Positions 1-9,326 of a stretch of 64,000 nt of DNA are shown in pieces. Made by a program: the position numbers and the translations under genes. Location of the stretch: NCBI GenBank assembly GCA_050329555.1, contig JBHJOQ010000025.1:7-64006 (forward strand), given 5' to 3'. The first letter of the stretch is position 1. Each line of letters starts with the position of its first letter. The DNA comes from Acidimicrobiia bacterium. Its GTDB lineage: Bacteria; Actinomycetota; Acidimicrobiia; Spongiisociales; ZC4RG35. Below the pieces are notes generated by a model that saw nothing but the letters and a program-made list of their open reading frames with translations, did no database searches and was not told where the DNA came from.

Positions 1-2
1 AC

Positions 3-308
3 TTCGCCGCCGCACTCACCGTCGAGAAGCCGGTATACGGCGGGACCGGGGGCTCGCCGCTCCATGTCACCGGTTTTGGGGCGGCTTTTGAAGCGTCGTT
101 CAACTATGCATTGACCAATGCCAACGGGTTGATCATTGCTGAAGGCCACGCAATGACCACCAACGGCATGGGCTGGGGCGGGTTCGACTTCACGATCCCC
201 TACCAGGTCGACAGCAAGCAGACCGGGGCGTTGATCGTCTGGGTCAACTCAGCGGAGAATGGGACGCAGATCTCGGTGCGGGAATACCCGGTGACCCTCG
301 TCCCCTGA
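3..308 (+). CDS. C-terminal fragment of a Gmad2-like immunoglobulin-like domain protein (5' end outside window)
   Basis: Open frame from the window edge to TGA 306-308. The translation LHVTGFGAAFEASFNYALTNANGLIIAEGHAMTTNGMGWGGFDFTIPY resembles the Gmad2 Ig-like domain. Family call is from memory. Confidence 0.45.
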   Translation, partial: FAAALTVEKPVYGGTGGSPLHVTGFGAAFEASFNYALTNANGLIIAEGHAMTTNGMGWGGFDFTIPYQVDSKQTGALIVWVNSAENGTQISVREYPVTLVP

Positions 309-311
309 GCG

Positions 312-1946
312 TTAGAGCTCCATCACCACAGGGACGATCACCGGCTTGCGGGCGGTCTCCTCGCGGAGCACCTTGCCCACCGCCTGGCGGACAGTCTTCT
401 GCAGTTCGTTGATGTCGGCTCGGCCGCCGGCATGCTCTTGGAGCGACTTCTTGACCGCCACGGCTGCCTTCTTCAACACTGCCTCGGGGTCGTCCATGAC
501 CCCGCGACTGTCGAAGTCAGGCCCGTAGACGATCTTGCCGGTGTTGTGGTCGATGCCGACGGTGACGACGATCACGCCTTCATCGGCGAGATGGGACCGG
601 TCGCGGAGCACAGCATTCTTGACGTCTCCGACGGAGGACCCATCCAGGTAGACATAGCCGGCAGGAACCGCACGCCGCTCCACTCGCGTCTTCTTGCCGT
701 CGACCACCACCCGGTCACCGTCCTCGAGTACCTCGGCCCAGGGAACCTTCATCGTCCGCGCCAGTTCGGCATGGGCGTGGAGGTGGCGATACTCCCCGTG
801 CACCGGGACGAACGCCTGAGGCCTGACCACGTTGAGGAAGGTGAGCAACTCCTCGCGGGCAGCATGGCCCGAAACGTGGACGTGACTGTTGCGGCCGTGA
901 ACGACCCGGGCTCCTCTTCGCATCAAGTTGGAGATCACCTTGGATACAGCGGTCTCGTTGCCCGGGATCGGCTTGGCCGAGATCAGCACCGTGTCGCCCT
1001 CACCCAATTCCACGAACCGGTGCCGGCCCTGGGCCATCAGCGAAAGCGCGGCAAAAGGCTCCCCCTGACTCCCGGTGGTGATCATCAGCTGCCGCTCCGG
1101 CGGATAGTCGTTCAGCTTCTTGATGTCGACCACCGACTTCGCGGGGACGTCGAGAATTCCGAGGTCGCCGGCAAGCCCGGCGTAGCGATGCATCGAACGC
1201 CCGAAGAACGAGATCATCCGCCCGGCGTCGACACCGGCGTCGGCGATCTGCTGGACGCGGTGCATATGCGACGAGAAGCAGGCGGCGATGACCCGCCCTT
1301 TGGAATCGCGGATCAGGTCACGGATGGCCGGCCCGACCGAGCTCTCCGAAGGCTCGAACCCTTCCTTCTCGGCATTGGTCGAATCGGAGAAAAGGAGGCG
1401 AACGCCACGATCGCCGAGTGCAGCGAATGCCGGCAGGTCGGTGGGCCTCCCGTCGATCGGGGTCGGGTCGAGTTTGAAGTCCCCAGAATGGACGATGATC
1501 CCTTCCGGGGTGTCGAAAGCGATTCCACCTGCTTCGGGGACCGAATGGCTCACCGGGATGATCATGAACTTGAACGGGCCGTGGGTCGTCCACTTCTTGA
1601 AACCGATCGTCCGCAGATCCCCGTCGACTCCAAGCTCGTCGATCCGTCCACTTGCCATCTCGGTGGAGAGCTGGGTCCCGTAGACGGGGACGTTGATGTC
1701 ACGGAGGAAGTAGCCGAGGGCGCCCATGTGATCCTCGTGGCCGTGGGTGAGGACGACGCAAGCCACATCCTTCTTCCTTTTCACCAGCCAGGACCAGTCG
1801 GGGAATACGAGGTCGACACCGAGCATGTCCTCTTCAGGGAACATCAACCCGCAGTCGATGAGTGCGATCTTGCCTTCGATTTCGATGGCGGCGCAGTTGC
1901 GGCCGATCTCACCGAGACCGCCGAGGAATGTGACCGAGACGCTCAT
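312..1946 (-). CDS. rnj: ribonuclease J
   Basis: Metallo-beta-lactamase HxHxDH motif (LTHGHEDHMG), beta-CASP region and RNase J-type C-terminus. Start trimmed from the 596-aa ORF to ATG 1946 (MSVSVTFLGGLGEIGRNC), which gives an ATGA overlap with the dapA stop. dapA-rnj synteny is typical of Actinomycetota. Confidence 0.9.
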   Translation of the reverse strand: MSVSVTFLGGLGEIGRNCAAIEIEGKIALIDCGLMFPEEDMLGVDLVFPDWSWLVKRKKDVACVVLTHGHEDHMGALGYFLRDINVPVYGTQLSTEMASGRIDELGVDGDLRTIGFKKWTTHGPFKFMIIPVSHSVPEAGGIAFDTPEGIIVHSGDFKLDPTPIDGRPTDLPAFAALGDRGVRLLFSDSTNAEKEGFEPSESSVGPAIRDLIRDSKGRVIAACFSSHMHRVQQIADAGVDAGRMISFFGRSMHRYAGLAGDLGILDVPAKSVVDIKKLNDYPPERQLMITTGSQGEPFAALSLMAQGRHRFVELGEGDTVLISAKPIPGNETAVSKVISNLMRRGARVVHGRNSHVHVSGHAAREELLTFLNVVRPQAFVPVHGEYRHLHAHAELARTMKVPWAEVLEDGDRVVVDGKKTRVERRAVPAGYVYLDGSSVGDVKNAVLRDRSHLADEGVIVVTVGIDHNTGKIVYGPDFDSRGVMDDPEAVLKKAAVAVKKSLQEHAGGRADINELQKTVRQAVGKVLREETARKPVIVPVVMEL

Positions 1947-2836
1947 CGGGTGCCGATGGCGGCCAGCGCCTTTTCGACGGATTGAAGGGTGTCCGCCGAA
2001 GCTGCGGTGAGCGGCAAGCGAACCGGGCCTACCGGCTCCCATGCTGCCGATAGCGCCCCTTTCACCGGGGCCGGGTTGGTTTCGAGGAAGCAGGCAAGAC
2101 ACAACGGGAGCAACTCGTGGTGGAGACGCCGCGCCTCGTCCATGTCACCGGCGATGGCGGACTTGACCATGGCCTTGATCTGCGGACCGGCGAGATGGGA
2201 GACAACGGAGACAACTCCAACTGCCCCCACCGCCATCATCGGCAGGGTCAGCGAGTCCTGACCCGAGTAGACCGGGAAACCAGGGATCTCGTTGATGGTG
2301 CGTGAGGTGAAGTCGAGGCTCTCCACCGCATCTTTGATGGCAGCGATGCTGGTGTGGTCGGCGAGTCGGGCGATGGTGGCGATCTCGATGAGGCGCCCGG
2401 TGCGGCCGGGAATGTTGTAGAGCATGACCGGGACGCCGACATCGGCGATGGCGGTGAAGTGGGCGAGGAGGCCGTCCTGTTCCGGCTTGCTGTAGTAGGG
2501 GGTGACTGCAAGAACTCCGTCGACGCCGAGGTCTCCGGCCTTTCCGGTCATTTCCACCGAATGGCGGGTGTCGTAGGAGCCAGTGCCGGCGATGACCTTT
2601 GCCTGCTTCCCGGCGACGGCATCGACCACCGTCTTGAACAGGGCGAGCTTCTCGTGCTCGTTGAGGGTCGGGGATTCTCCGGTGGTCCCGGCAACGACAA
2701 GCGTGTCGGTCCCGTTGGCCACCAGGTGTCGTGCGAGGTCCCACGCTTTGCCATGATCCACTTCTCCGTCTGCGGTGAAAGGGGTGACCATGGCCGTGGC
2801 AACATGCCCGAAGGGGGCGGATGGTGTAGAAGTCAC
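1943..2836 (-). CDS. dapA: 4-hydroxy-tetrahydrodipicolinate synthase
   Basis: 297 aa with DapA hallmarks (VAGTTGESPTL, TPYYSKP, YNIPGRTG). Confidence 0.92.
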   Translation of the reverse strand: MTSTPSAPFGHVATAMVTPFTADGEVDHGKAWDLARHLVANGTDTLVVAGTTGESPTLNEHEKLALFKTVVDAVAGKQAKVIAGTGSYDTRHSVEMTGKAGDLGVDGVLAVTPYYSKPEQDGLLAHFTAIADVGVPVMLYNIPGRTGRLIEIATIARLADHTSIAAIKDAVESLDFTSRTINEIPGFPVYSGQDSLTLPMMAVGAVGVVSVVSHLAGPQIKAMVKSAIAGDMDEARRLHHELLPLCLACFLETNPAPVKGALSAAWEPVGPVRLPLTAASADTLQSVEKALAAIGTR

Positions 2837-3142
2837 GAGCCAAGCCTACCGATCCGTCGGCGCAGACCGGAGTTCGGCTAGAAACCAGGTGTGAAAACCG
2901 CTCTACCTGTCCGGGTGCGACCCCCTCGGTCTCCTTCGAGGAATTCGTGAACATAACAACAGCTCTCGCCGCCGACCTGGTCGGATTGTTCGCCGCATGT
3001 AGCGATGCCGGAACGCACCACTCGATCGTCTCGCAGCAAAATTCTCATCTCGAGGGGAGCATCGAGGCTTTCGCCGAGGTGATCTCCGGAATGCGCTGAG
3101 CCGTTCACCCGTTATCGTTGAGCAGGACTACTGGAGAAAACA

Positions 3143-3724
3143 ATGGCTGTTGAATCGAAGATGATGGCGCTGGGGACGAAAGCTCCCGAATTCGAACTGA
3201 CCGATACCGTCTCCGGACGAGTCGTTTCGATCGGGGATTTCGACGGCAAATCCGGCCTACTCGTCATGTTCATCTGCAACCACTGCCCGTACGTGCAGCA
3301 TGTGAGAGATGAGCTCGCCCGCCTGGGGAGGGGCTACCAGGACTCGGATCTCGCCATCGTGGCCATCTCGTCAAACGACGTCGAGGCCAATCCAACCGAC
3401 TCACCGGCGGCAATGAAGACCGAAGCCGAGACGTACGGCTACCTCTTCCCTTATCTCTACGACGAGGACCAGTCGGTTGCCGCCTCCTACGCAGCGATGT
3501 GCACACCCGATTTCTTCCTCTTCGACCGGGACCGGTCGCTGGTCTACCGGGGTCGCCTCGACGAGTCTCGCCCAGGGACCGATGTACCGGTGACCGGAAA
3601 GGACCTCCGCGCCGCCATCGAGTCAATACTGGCGGGAGAGCCCGTGCCCGCTGACCAGCATCCATCGATCGGCTGCTCGATCAAGTGGAAGCCTGGCAAC
3701 GCCCCGTCATACTTCGTGTCCTAG
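3143..3724 (+). CDS. thioredoxin-fold redoxin (AhpC/TSA family, CxxC = CNHC)
   Basis: 193 aa. The context FICNHCPYV and the overall redoxin-like pattern support the call. RBS-like GGAGAAAA lies before the ATG. Confidence 0.7.
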   Translation: MAVESKMMALGTKAPEFELTDTVSGRVVSIGDFDGKSGLLVMFICNHCPYVQHVRDELARLGRGYQDSDLAIVAISSNDVEANPTDSPAAMKTEAETYGYLFPYLYDEDQSVAASYAAMCTPDFFLFDRDRSLVYRGRLDESRPGTDVPVTGKDLRAAIESILAGEPVPADQHPSIGCSIKWKPGNAPSYFVS

Positions 3725-3912
3725 GATCCGTCCGAATCCTCATTCCTAAGGCGCAGCGTCTCATATTCGATAGCTACTGTGCACGATTCAGCCCGATGCT
3801 CCGATCGAGCCGTTCTAAACGGACACGACCTCATATTCGATACGTCGTGCATTAGGTTCCGTCTTTAGTTCCTCTCCTTCCTAACCTGACGGCGACACCA
3901 GGAAGGACTAAC

Positions 3913-4422
3913 TTGCCCAAAAAGTACGACTCCGCACCCGATCTGACGGTCGACCTCACCACCACATACACCGCGAAGGTCAAGACCAACCACGGGGAAA
4001 TAACTCTCGAACTGCTGCCCGAGCGTTCGCCGCAGACCGTCAACAGTTTCGTCTTCCTCGCCAAAGAAGGGTTCTACGACGGAGTGATCTTTCATCGGGT
4101 AATCAAAGACTTCATGATCCAAGGGGGCGACCCCACCGGTACCGGCACCGGTGGGCCCGGATACAAGTTCCGTGACGAGCTCGAAGGCTCGGGAACCTAT
4201 TCCAGAGGGACCGTTGCGATGGCCAACTCAGGGCCCAACACCAACGGCTCGCAGTTCTTCATCATGCACAAAGACGTCGGCCTTCCCCATTCATACACGA
4301 TCTTCGGCAAGGTCACCGACGGGATCGACGTAGTCGATTCGATCGCCGACTCCAAGACCGATGGAAGCGACCGGCCGCAATCAGAAGTGAAGATCACGAC
4401 GATCGAGATCACGGAGAGCTAG
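3913..4422 (+). CDS. cyclophilin-type peptidyl-prolyl cis-trans isomerase
   Basis: 169 aa with FHRVIKDFMIQGGDP and MANSGPNTNGSQFFI cyclophilin signatures. TTG start preceded by AGGAAGGA. Confidence 0.9.
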   Translation: MPKKYDSAPDLTVDLTTTYTAKVKTNHGEITLELLPERSPQTVNSFVFLAKEGFYDGVIFHRVIKDFMIQGGDPTGTGTGGPGYKFRDELEGSGTYSRGTVAMANSGPNTNGSQFFIMHKDVGLPHSYTIFGKVTDGIDVVDSIADSKTDGSDRPQSEVKITTIEITES

Positions 4423-4582
4423 CGGTCTGTCGGTCAAATAGGGGGCGCGTAGCTCCGAGCCATCGAGTTCATCTGACAAGGAGAAGCGCGCTTCTCGCAC
4501 GGGGAGCTGCGGCGAGCACTTCGACGCCGTCAGGGGACTCGAGGGCCGGAGAAACGCCGTCAATATTTGAGCGACGGGCCAC

Positions 4583-5320
4583 CTAACCCGCTCTCCGCCG
4601 CTCCAGGACCGGGGCGGGTGATTCGATGCTCTTGGTGGTGATGGGGTCGCCAGCGAGTTGGATGTGGCCCATCCCCGCCTCGGACAGGGCGTGGAGGGCG
4701 GCGGCGATGTCGTCGGGAGTTCCCGTGATTGGTGGTGTCACGGGACGCTCGGTGCCCGCCGGCCGGTACCACCCTCGAGCCGGACCAGGGCCGCGGCGCT
4801 CCGCACGATCTCCGCCGGATTTCTCCCGACGTCGCGGGCAGCATCGTCGATGATGGCGTTGAGTTCGGCCAGCCCACGGGGAGTGTTCCCGTAAGAGGCG
4901 TACCAGGTGTTCCACATCTGGACATGTGGTGCGGCGATCCGCAGCATCCGGGAGCCGTTGGACCCGATCAGGATCGGAAGGTCGGGCCGCGCCGGTGGGA
5001 TCAGCTCCATCTCCCTGAATTGAAAGAACTCCCCAGCGAAGTCGATGGCGCCGTCCCGGATCAGGGTGCGGATGATGGTGAAGGCCTCTTCGAATCGGAC
5101 ACCCGGTGGTCGTAGGGGAAGCCGTATGCCTCGAACTCGGTCCGGTTCCACCCGGCGCCGAGCCCGAGGATCAGCCTGCCTCCGTGCTTGTCGCGATAGA
5201 GGAAATGATCACCGACCCACAGGGAGTCGAATCCAACGTCTTCGGCATTCCGTGCGATCTCACGGATCTGGGCCAGCGATATTCCCTTTCCACTTCGGGC
5301 AGCTGGATGCCGATTTTCAG
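4583..5320 (-). pseudogene. decayed LLM-class (luciferase-like, F420-type) oxidoreductase
   Basis: Family-typical segments lie in three different frames. They are LKIGIQLPEVEREYRW (begins at CTG 5320), then SLAQIREIARNAEDVGFDSLWVGDH...GGRLILGLGAGW, then RFEEAFTIIRTLIRDG...NPAEIVRS, then TGTPDDIAAALHALSEAGMGHIQL. About 60 residues that are normally present before GGRLILGLGAGW are missing. Confidence 0.65.
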
Positions 5321-5325
5321 ATCGC

Positions 5326-6621
5326 TCAGCCGCCGAGCTCGGCGTCAGTGGGAAGGGAGCTAAGCGAGTAATCGCTGACGATGTTCCACAGCATCCAGCC
5401 CACCCCGAGGTCTTCGGCGGCCTGGATCGACCTCCGGATCTGCTCTGGCGTCCACCAGAACGATTGCAGCCACGGCCGAACTGCCCTGCCAGGCTCCACC
5501 CGCCGCAACGTGTCCTCGATCGCGTCATAGGTGACGTCATAAGGATGCTCATTCGGGTCGGCAAAGCCGAGCCAGCCTTCGGAGTAGTGGCTCGGGTAGA
5601 TCATCGGGGAGAAAGCGTCCAGCTGGACGGAAAGCTCCTCGGGCCGCTGTCCGATCCCCTGGTCGTTGGGGCTTGCCACGACAATGGCGAAGACATCGCC
5701 ACTCACCGAACAGCCCAAAGGATGGAGGAGGCGCCTGGCCGCAGCCAGGAACCCGGCCACCGCCCCGACCCGTTCCTCCTGGGTCATATCGAGTTGACCA
5801 CTTTCCGCGACTGCCTGGCCGGAGGGGAACCGGATGTAATCGAGCTGGATCTCATCGAAGCCGATTTCACACGCTTCGACGGCGAGGTCGAGGTTGTACT
5901 GCCAAGCATCGCGGTTGCGGGGGTCCATCCACCGGCCGGCGATGGCCTGATCGGGATACGCCGCAGCCTTGATCGCATCGTCGAATGCGACGATGCGAGT
6001 GATAGTGTAAAGCCCGTGCTCCCTGGCCCTGGCGATGAGCTCGGTGGGGTCGTAAGTCGCCGACACCGCCCCGATCTCGTAGGCCAACTCCACAGACGTA
6101 TCGTAGAGAACCACTCCACCTTCGACCTTGGTGTCGAAGACGAGGGCATTGACCGCGGTCTGGTCGGCCATGTCGAGCAGGCTCTGGAAGAGGTCCGGGT
6201 CGCCGGCGGCGTTGGCCGAAACCCGCAAGGCGCGCACTGTGATCGGTTCCATCCGGAGCTCCAACCGCCCCGGGTTCCCGTCCCAGGGTTGTTCAGCGGA
6301 GAGCCACCCTGGCTTGACCGCAGTCACCAACCCCGCTCCTGGCAACTCGAGGTTGTAGAAGCCGTCCGGTGCGGTCGTCGTCGACATCCCCGATGACGAG
6401 ACGGTGGCGCCGGAGATCGGGACACCATCGGTGTCGACAACCCGTCCGATCAGCTGGAGACTTGGCACAGTCGCGGTCGTCCCCTCGGCTCCGTCTCCGA
6501 CCGGCGCCACCACCTCGCCGGTGACGGGATCTATCGATGGCTCAGGAGAGGAATCCGGAGAACCGGGGCTGCACGCCCCGACGATGAGGGCCACCAATGC
6601 TGTGAGGAGAGTCTTTCGCAA
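5326..6621 (-). CDS. lipoprotein with putative glycoside-hydrolase (DUF4015-like TIM barrel) domain
   Basis: Lipobox LIVGAC at the N-terminus. Central region VNALVFDTKVEGG...GFDEIQLDYIRFP matches the DUF4015 / putative glycosyl hydrolase family as I remember it. Confidence 0.6.
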   Translation of the reverse strand: MRKTLLTALVALIVGACSPGSPDSSPEPSIDPVTGEVVAPVGDGAEGTTATVPSLQLIGRVVDTDGVPISGATVSSSGMSTTTAPDGFYNLELPGAGLVTAVKPGWLSAEQPWDGNPGRLELRMEPITVRALRVSANAAGDPDLFQSLLDMADQTAVNALVFDTKVEGGVVLYDTSVELAYEIGAVSATYDPTELIARAREHGLYTITRIVAFDDAIKAAAYPDQAIAGRWMDPRNRDAWQYNLDLAVEACEIGFDEIQLDYIRFPSGQAVAESGQLDMTQEERVGAVAGFLAAARRLLHPLGCSVSGDVFAIVVASPNDQGIGQRPEELSVQLDAFSPMIYPSHYSEGWLGFADPNEHPYDVTYDAIEDTLRRVEPGRAVRPWLQSFWWTPEQIRRSIQAAEDLGVGWMLWNIVSDYSLSSLPTDAELGG

Positions 6622-6639
6622 TAGGAGTTCGATTATCGC

Positions 6640-7092
6640 CTACGCCCCGAGCTTTGCGACCATCGCGTAGATGGTGAACAGGAGGACCATGGTGTCCAGG
6701 ATCCCGAAGCTGCGCACAGTCCCCCGTATCTTGTCGGCTCGGTCGGTCTCACCGGCATCGATCGCATCCGCTATTGCCACGGACTTCGGCCCGAACACCG
6801 TCGAACCGAGCACGGCTCCGATTATGACAGCCACAAAACCGATAGATACGAAGACGGAGCCAAAACCGTAGGCTCCTGAGTTGAGCACGAGCAGGATCCC
6901 GGTCACGAGGACGGTCCCCCCGACCGGGATGTAGAAGCGACCCGACAACTTCTCGGTCGTGCGAAACCAGCTGGCCGCCGCCGGCGTGACCGGTCCGAGC
7001 AATCCCGGAACAATCGCCTGCATCAGGTTGGCCCCCAACCAGGCCCCCGCTGCTGCGATGTGTATCACCAGCAGAATGTGGCCGTAGAACAT
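6640..7092 (-). CDS. small integral membrane protein (about 4 TM), function unknown
   Basis: Hydrophobic 150-aa product. Start set at ATG 7092 because AGGAAGAGG sits 3 nt upstream. The longer ORF to 7143 is not needed. Confidence 0.5.
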   Translation of the reverse strand: MFYGHILLVIHIAAAGAWLGANLMQAIVPGLLGPVTPAAASWFRTTEKLSGRFYIPVGGTVLVTGILLVLNSGAYGFGSVFVSIGFVAVIIGAVLGSTVFGPKSVAIADAIDAGETDRADKIRGTVRSFGILDTMVLLFTIYAMVAKLGA

Positions 7093-7159
7093 GAACCTCT
7101 TCCTGGGTTGACTGGGAGGGATTGTACGGAGCGTGAACACCACTTGTTGGTAACCAGCG

Positions 7160-7549
7160 TTGCCGACTTACGATCACCCGATGACCCGAAGAGAAGAGCC
7201 GGGATGCCGTGATTCCGCACTTGCCACAGCCCTCCTTCTCGGCATCGGGTTGGCCTTCATGGGCAGCGGACTTGCCCTGATCAACCAACCAGTCTGTAAA
7301 GGGATCTGCGAATTCGCCGGGCTCTCCATCCTCTACGCCGGCGGCCCGATCTCGGCAATGATCGGTTTTCTCACCGATTCGATCGTAATTGCCTGGCCCC
7401 TGGAGGTGATGCTCTGGGTGGTACTCGGGTTCTGGGCAGCCCGGCGCGCATCTAATCGGAACACATCTACGTGGTCATATGTGATTTCGATACTCGTACT
7501 AGCCCTGGTCTTCGGCGTGGTCCTCTCCCGTTTCGTCGAACTCGCCTAA
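7160..7549 (+). CDS. hypothetical membrane protein
   Basis: 129-aa ORF with 3-4 hydrophobic segments and coding-like GC3. No recognisable family. Confidence 0.4.
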   Translation: MPTYDHPMTRREEPGCRDSALATALLLGIGLAFMGSGLALINQPVCKGICEFAGLSILYAGGPISAMIGFLTDSIVIAWPLEVMLWVVLGFWAARRASNRNTSTWSYVISILVLALVFGVVLSRFVELA

Positions 7550-7623
7550 GAGGACTAGTCCTTCCGCACATAGCCGGTATAGCCGTGGTGCGAGGTGGGT
7601 TGACCACGTAGCGTGGTGATTCA

Positions 7624-7977
7624 ATGCAGAAAGTAGAGCGGGCTCGAATTCCGTCGCTGATTGTTACGGCGCTCCTGGTGCTGGCAGCGGCTTCGCTGAC
7701 CACCGCCCGATTCGCCGCCGACCGTCCGGGAGGCGACCTGAATCCGATCGAGAATGCCGCTCAGGCCATCTCGCTGATCCAGGGCAACGAATACGTTTTA
7801 TGGGTGTCGCTCGCCGGCCCGGTGACGCAAGTCACCGTTTGGGGGTGGCCGGTAAGTGATGGGGAGGTCGAGCTGGGTGGGGGCATGTCCCTCACCCGGC
7901 TCGACGGGGGAACTGCCTCAGGCATCATCGACACGGCCGACAAACCGCGGGCAGTTTCGTTCGAACTGACCGACTGA
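7624..7977 (+). CDS. hypothetical secreted protein
   Basis: 117 aa with an N-terminal signal-like segment (IPSLIVTALLVLAAASLTTA). No family recognised. Confidence 0.4.
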   Translation: MQKVERARIPSLIVTALLVLAAASLTTARFAADRPGGDLNPIENAAQAISLIQGNEYVLWVSLAGPVTQVTVWGWPVSDGEVELGGGMSLTRLDGGTASGIIDTADKPRAVSFELTD

Positions 7978-7987
7978 ATCCGGGCCG

Positions 7988-9244
7988 CTAAACAGTCAGG
8001 TAGGGCTCGAGGTCGGAGGGATCGAAGGGGCCGACGGCTCCGATCAAACGATTGGCCGAGTACATCTCCCGGGCCACGTTCTGCACGTCCTCCCGGGTCA
8101 CCGCATTAAGCCGTTCCAGACGCTCGTCCGTCGAGAGATGGGGCATTCCGGCCAGCTCGTCACGGCCGAGGCGGACCATCCGGCTGTTCGAGTCCTCCAG
8201 CGAAAGCGCCAGTCCGCCCCGCATCGAGCCTTTGGCCCGCTCCAGTTCGGCCTCGGTGACTCCCTCTTCCATCACCTTGTCCAACTCGTCTCGGATCACT
8301 TTGAGCGCGGTGTCGGTCTGGCTGGGGGTCGTGCCGACGTAGACCCCCCACGCCCCGGCATCGGCGTAGGCGAGACGGAAGGCGTAAACCGAATAAGCCA
8401 GGCCGCGCTCCTCGCGCACCTCCCGGAAGAGGCGGGAAGACATTCCCGAGCCCATGATGTGGTTCAGCACCTGATATGAGAAACGTCGCTCGTCGTCCCG
8501 GGGCAGTCCCTTGCCGCCGATGAGGATGTGAGCTTGTTCGGTGTCGCGACGGGTCAACTCGACCCGTGCCTCTGGCTCCATCTCATCGAAGCTGTGGTCC
8601 ACCGATCCGCCGTCCCACTCACCGAAGCGCTCTTCGACCATGGCAACGATGTCGTCATGTTCTAGGTTGCCAACCGCAGCGATGACCAAAGACGAGGTGC
8701 CGTACCTGCGTTCCCAGTAACCCATGATGTCGTCGCGAGTCATGCCCCGGATCGAGTCGCGGGTTCCGAGGACCGGGGCCTCGAGAGGATGGCCGAGAAA
8801 CGCAGCGGTCGAGAAATTCTCAAATGCGACGTCGCTGGGATCATCGTCGTTCATGTTGATCTCTTCGATGACCACCTGGCGCTCCGAGTCGATCTCATTG
8901 GCGCGGAAGGCAGGGCGCTGGATGATCTCGGACATGATGTCGAAGCCGGTGGCCACATCCTGGTCGAGCAGGCGAGTCCAGTAGCAGGTCGCTTCCTTGC
9001 TGGTGAATGCGTTCGACTCGGCACCGATTGCATCGAAGGTCTCGCTCACCTGCCGAGCGGAGAGGGTTTCGCTTCCCTTGAACAGGAGGTGCTCGAGGAA
9101 ATGCGATGCTCCGTGTTCGCGGTCGAGGTTCTCGTCACGGGTTCCGGTATCGACCCAGCATCCAATGGCTACGGATCGCACAGAGGGCATGGTCTCGGTG
9201 ATGACGCGAAGACCGTTGGGGAGTTTGGTGAAGTCGTAGTGCAC
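7988..9244 (-). CDS. M16 family zinc metallopeptidase (insulinase/pitrilysin-like)
   Basis: 418 aa with the inverted zinc motif HxxEH (GASHFLEHLLFKG) and M16 N- and C-domains. Confidence 0.85.
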   Translation of the reverse strand: MHYDFTKLPNGLRVITETMPSVRSVAIGCWVDTGTRDENLDREHGASHFLEHLLFKGSETLSARQVSETFDAIGAESNAFTSKEATCYWTRLLDQDVATGFDIMSEIIQRPAFRANEIDSERQVVIEEINMNDDDPSDVAFENFSTAAFLGHPLEAPVLGTRDSIRGMTRDDIMGYWERRYGTSSLVIAAVGNLEHDDIVAMVEERFGEWDGGSVDHSFDEMEPEARVELTRRDTEQAHILIGGKGLPRDDERRFSYQVLNHIMGSGMSSRLFREVREERGLAYSVYAFRLAYADAGAWGVYVGTTPSQTDTALKVIRDELDKVMEEGVTEAELERAKGSMRGGLALSLEDSNSRMVRLGRDELAGMPHLSTDERLERLNAVTREDVQNVAREMYSANRLIGAVGPFDPSDLEPYLTV

Positions 9245-9326
9245 ACCGGGAGTCTACGGAGGCTCGCTTCCTTGTCGGAACTGCGCCACCTCGCTCACGT
9301 GATCATCCGGGAGTACTTGACATGTC

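Noticed and set aside
432-1985. 517-aa ORF on the plus strand, and similar long shadow ORFs elsewhere. Examples are 17235-19310 (-), 22223-23548 (+), 23708-26140 (+), 44558-46639 (+), 48703-49674 (-), 50962-51960 (-), 55158-56252 (+), 36667-37740 (-) and 61698-62750 (-).
   Set aside because: Each lies antisense to, or out of frame within, a gene with unmistakable family motifs (rnj, lhr, metH, cofH, valS, his genes, icmF, dnaE2, HNH). Their products are Arg/Pro/Gly-rich and low in complexity. This is the expected stop-codon-poor shadow of high-GC DNA.
1947-2102. N-terminal 52-codon extension of the RNase J ORF
   Set aside because: It overlaps the dapA 3' end and is Arg/Gly/Pro-rich. The family N-terminus begins at MSVSVTFLGG with an ATGA stop-start overlap.
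2837-3142. Lysine riboswitch upstream of dapA, and a 50-codon plus-strand ORF (2947-3099)
   Set aside because: No L-box core motifs were recognised on the minus strand. The small ORF has no RBS, no recognisable family and mixed codon usage.
4481-4496. Perfect 16-nt palindrome GAGAAGCGCGCTTCTC downstream of the cyclophilin gene; similar short palindromes at 7552-7563 (AGGACTAGTCCT) and 36222-36236 (CCCGGCC-A-GGCCGGG)
   Set aside because: Each sits just after a stop codon. They lack U-tracts and are not repeated elsewhere in the window. They are most simply transcript-end hairpins and not worth more weight.
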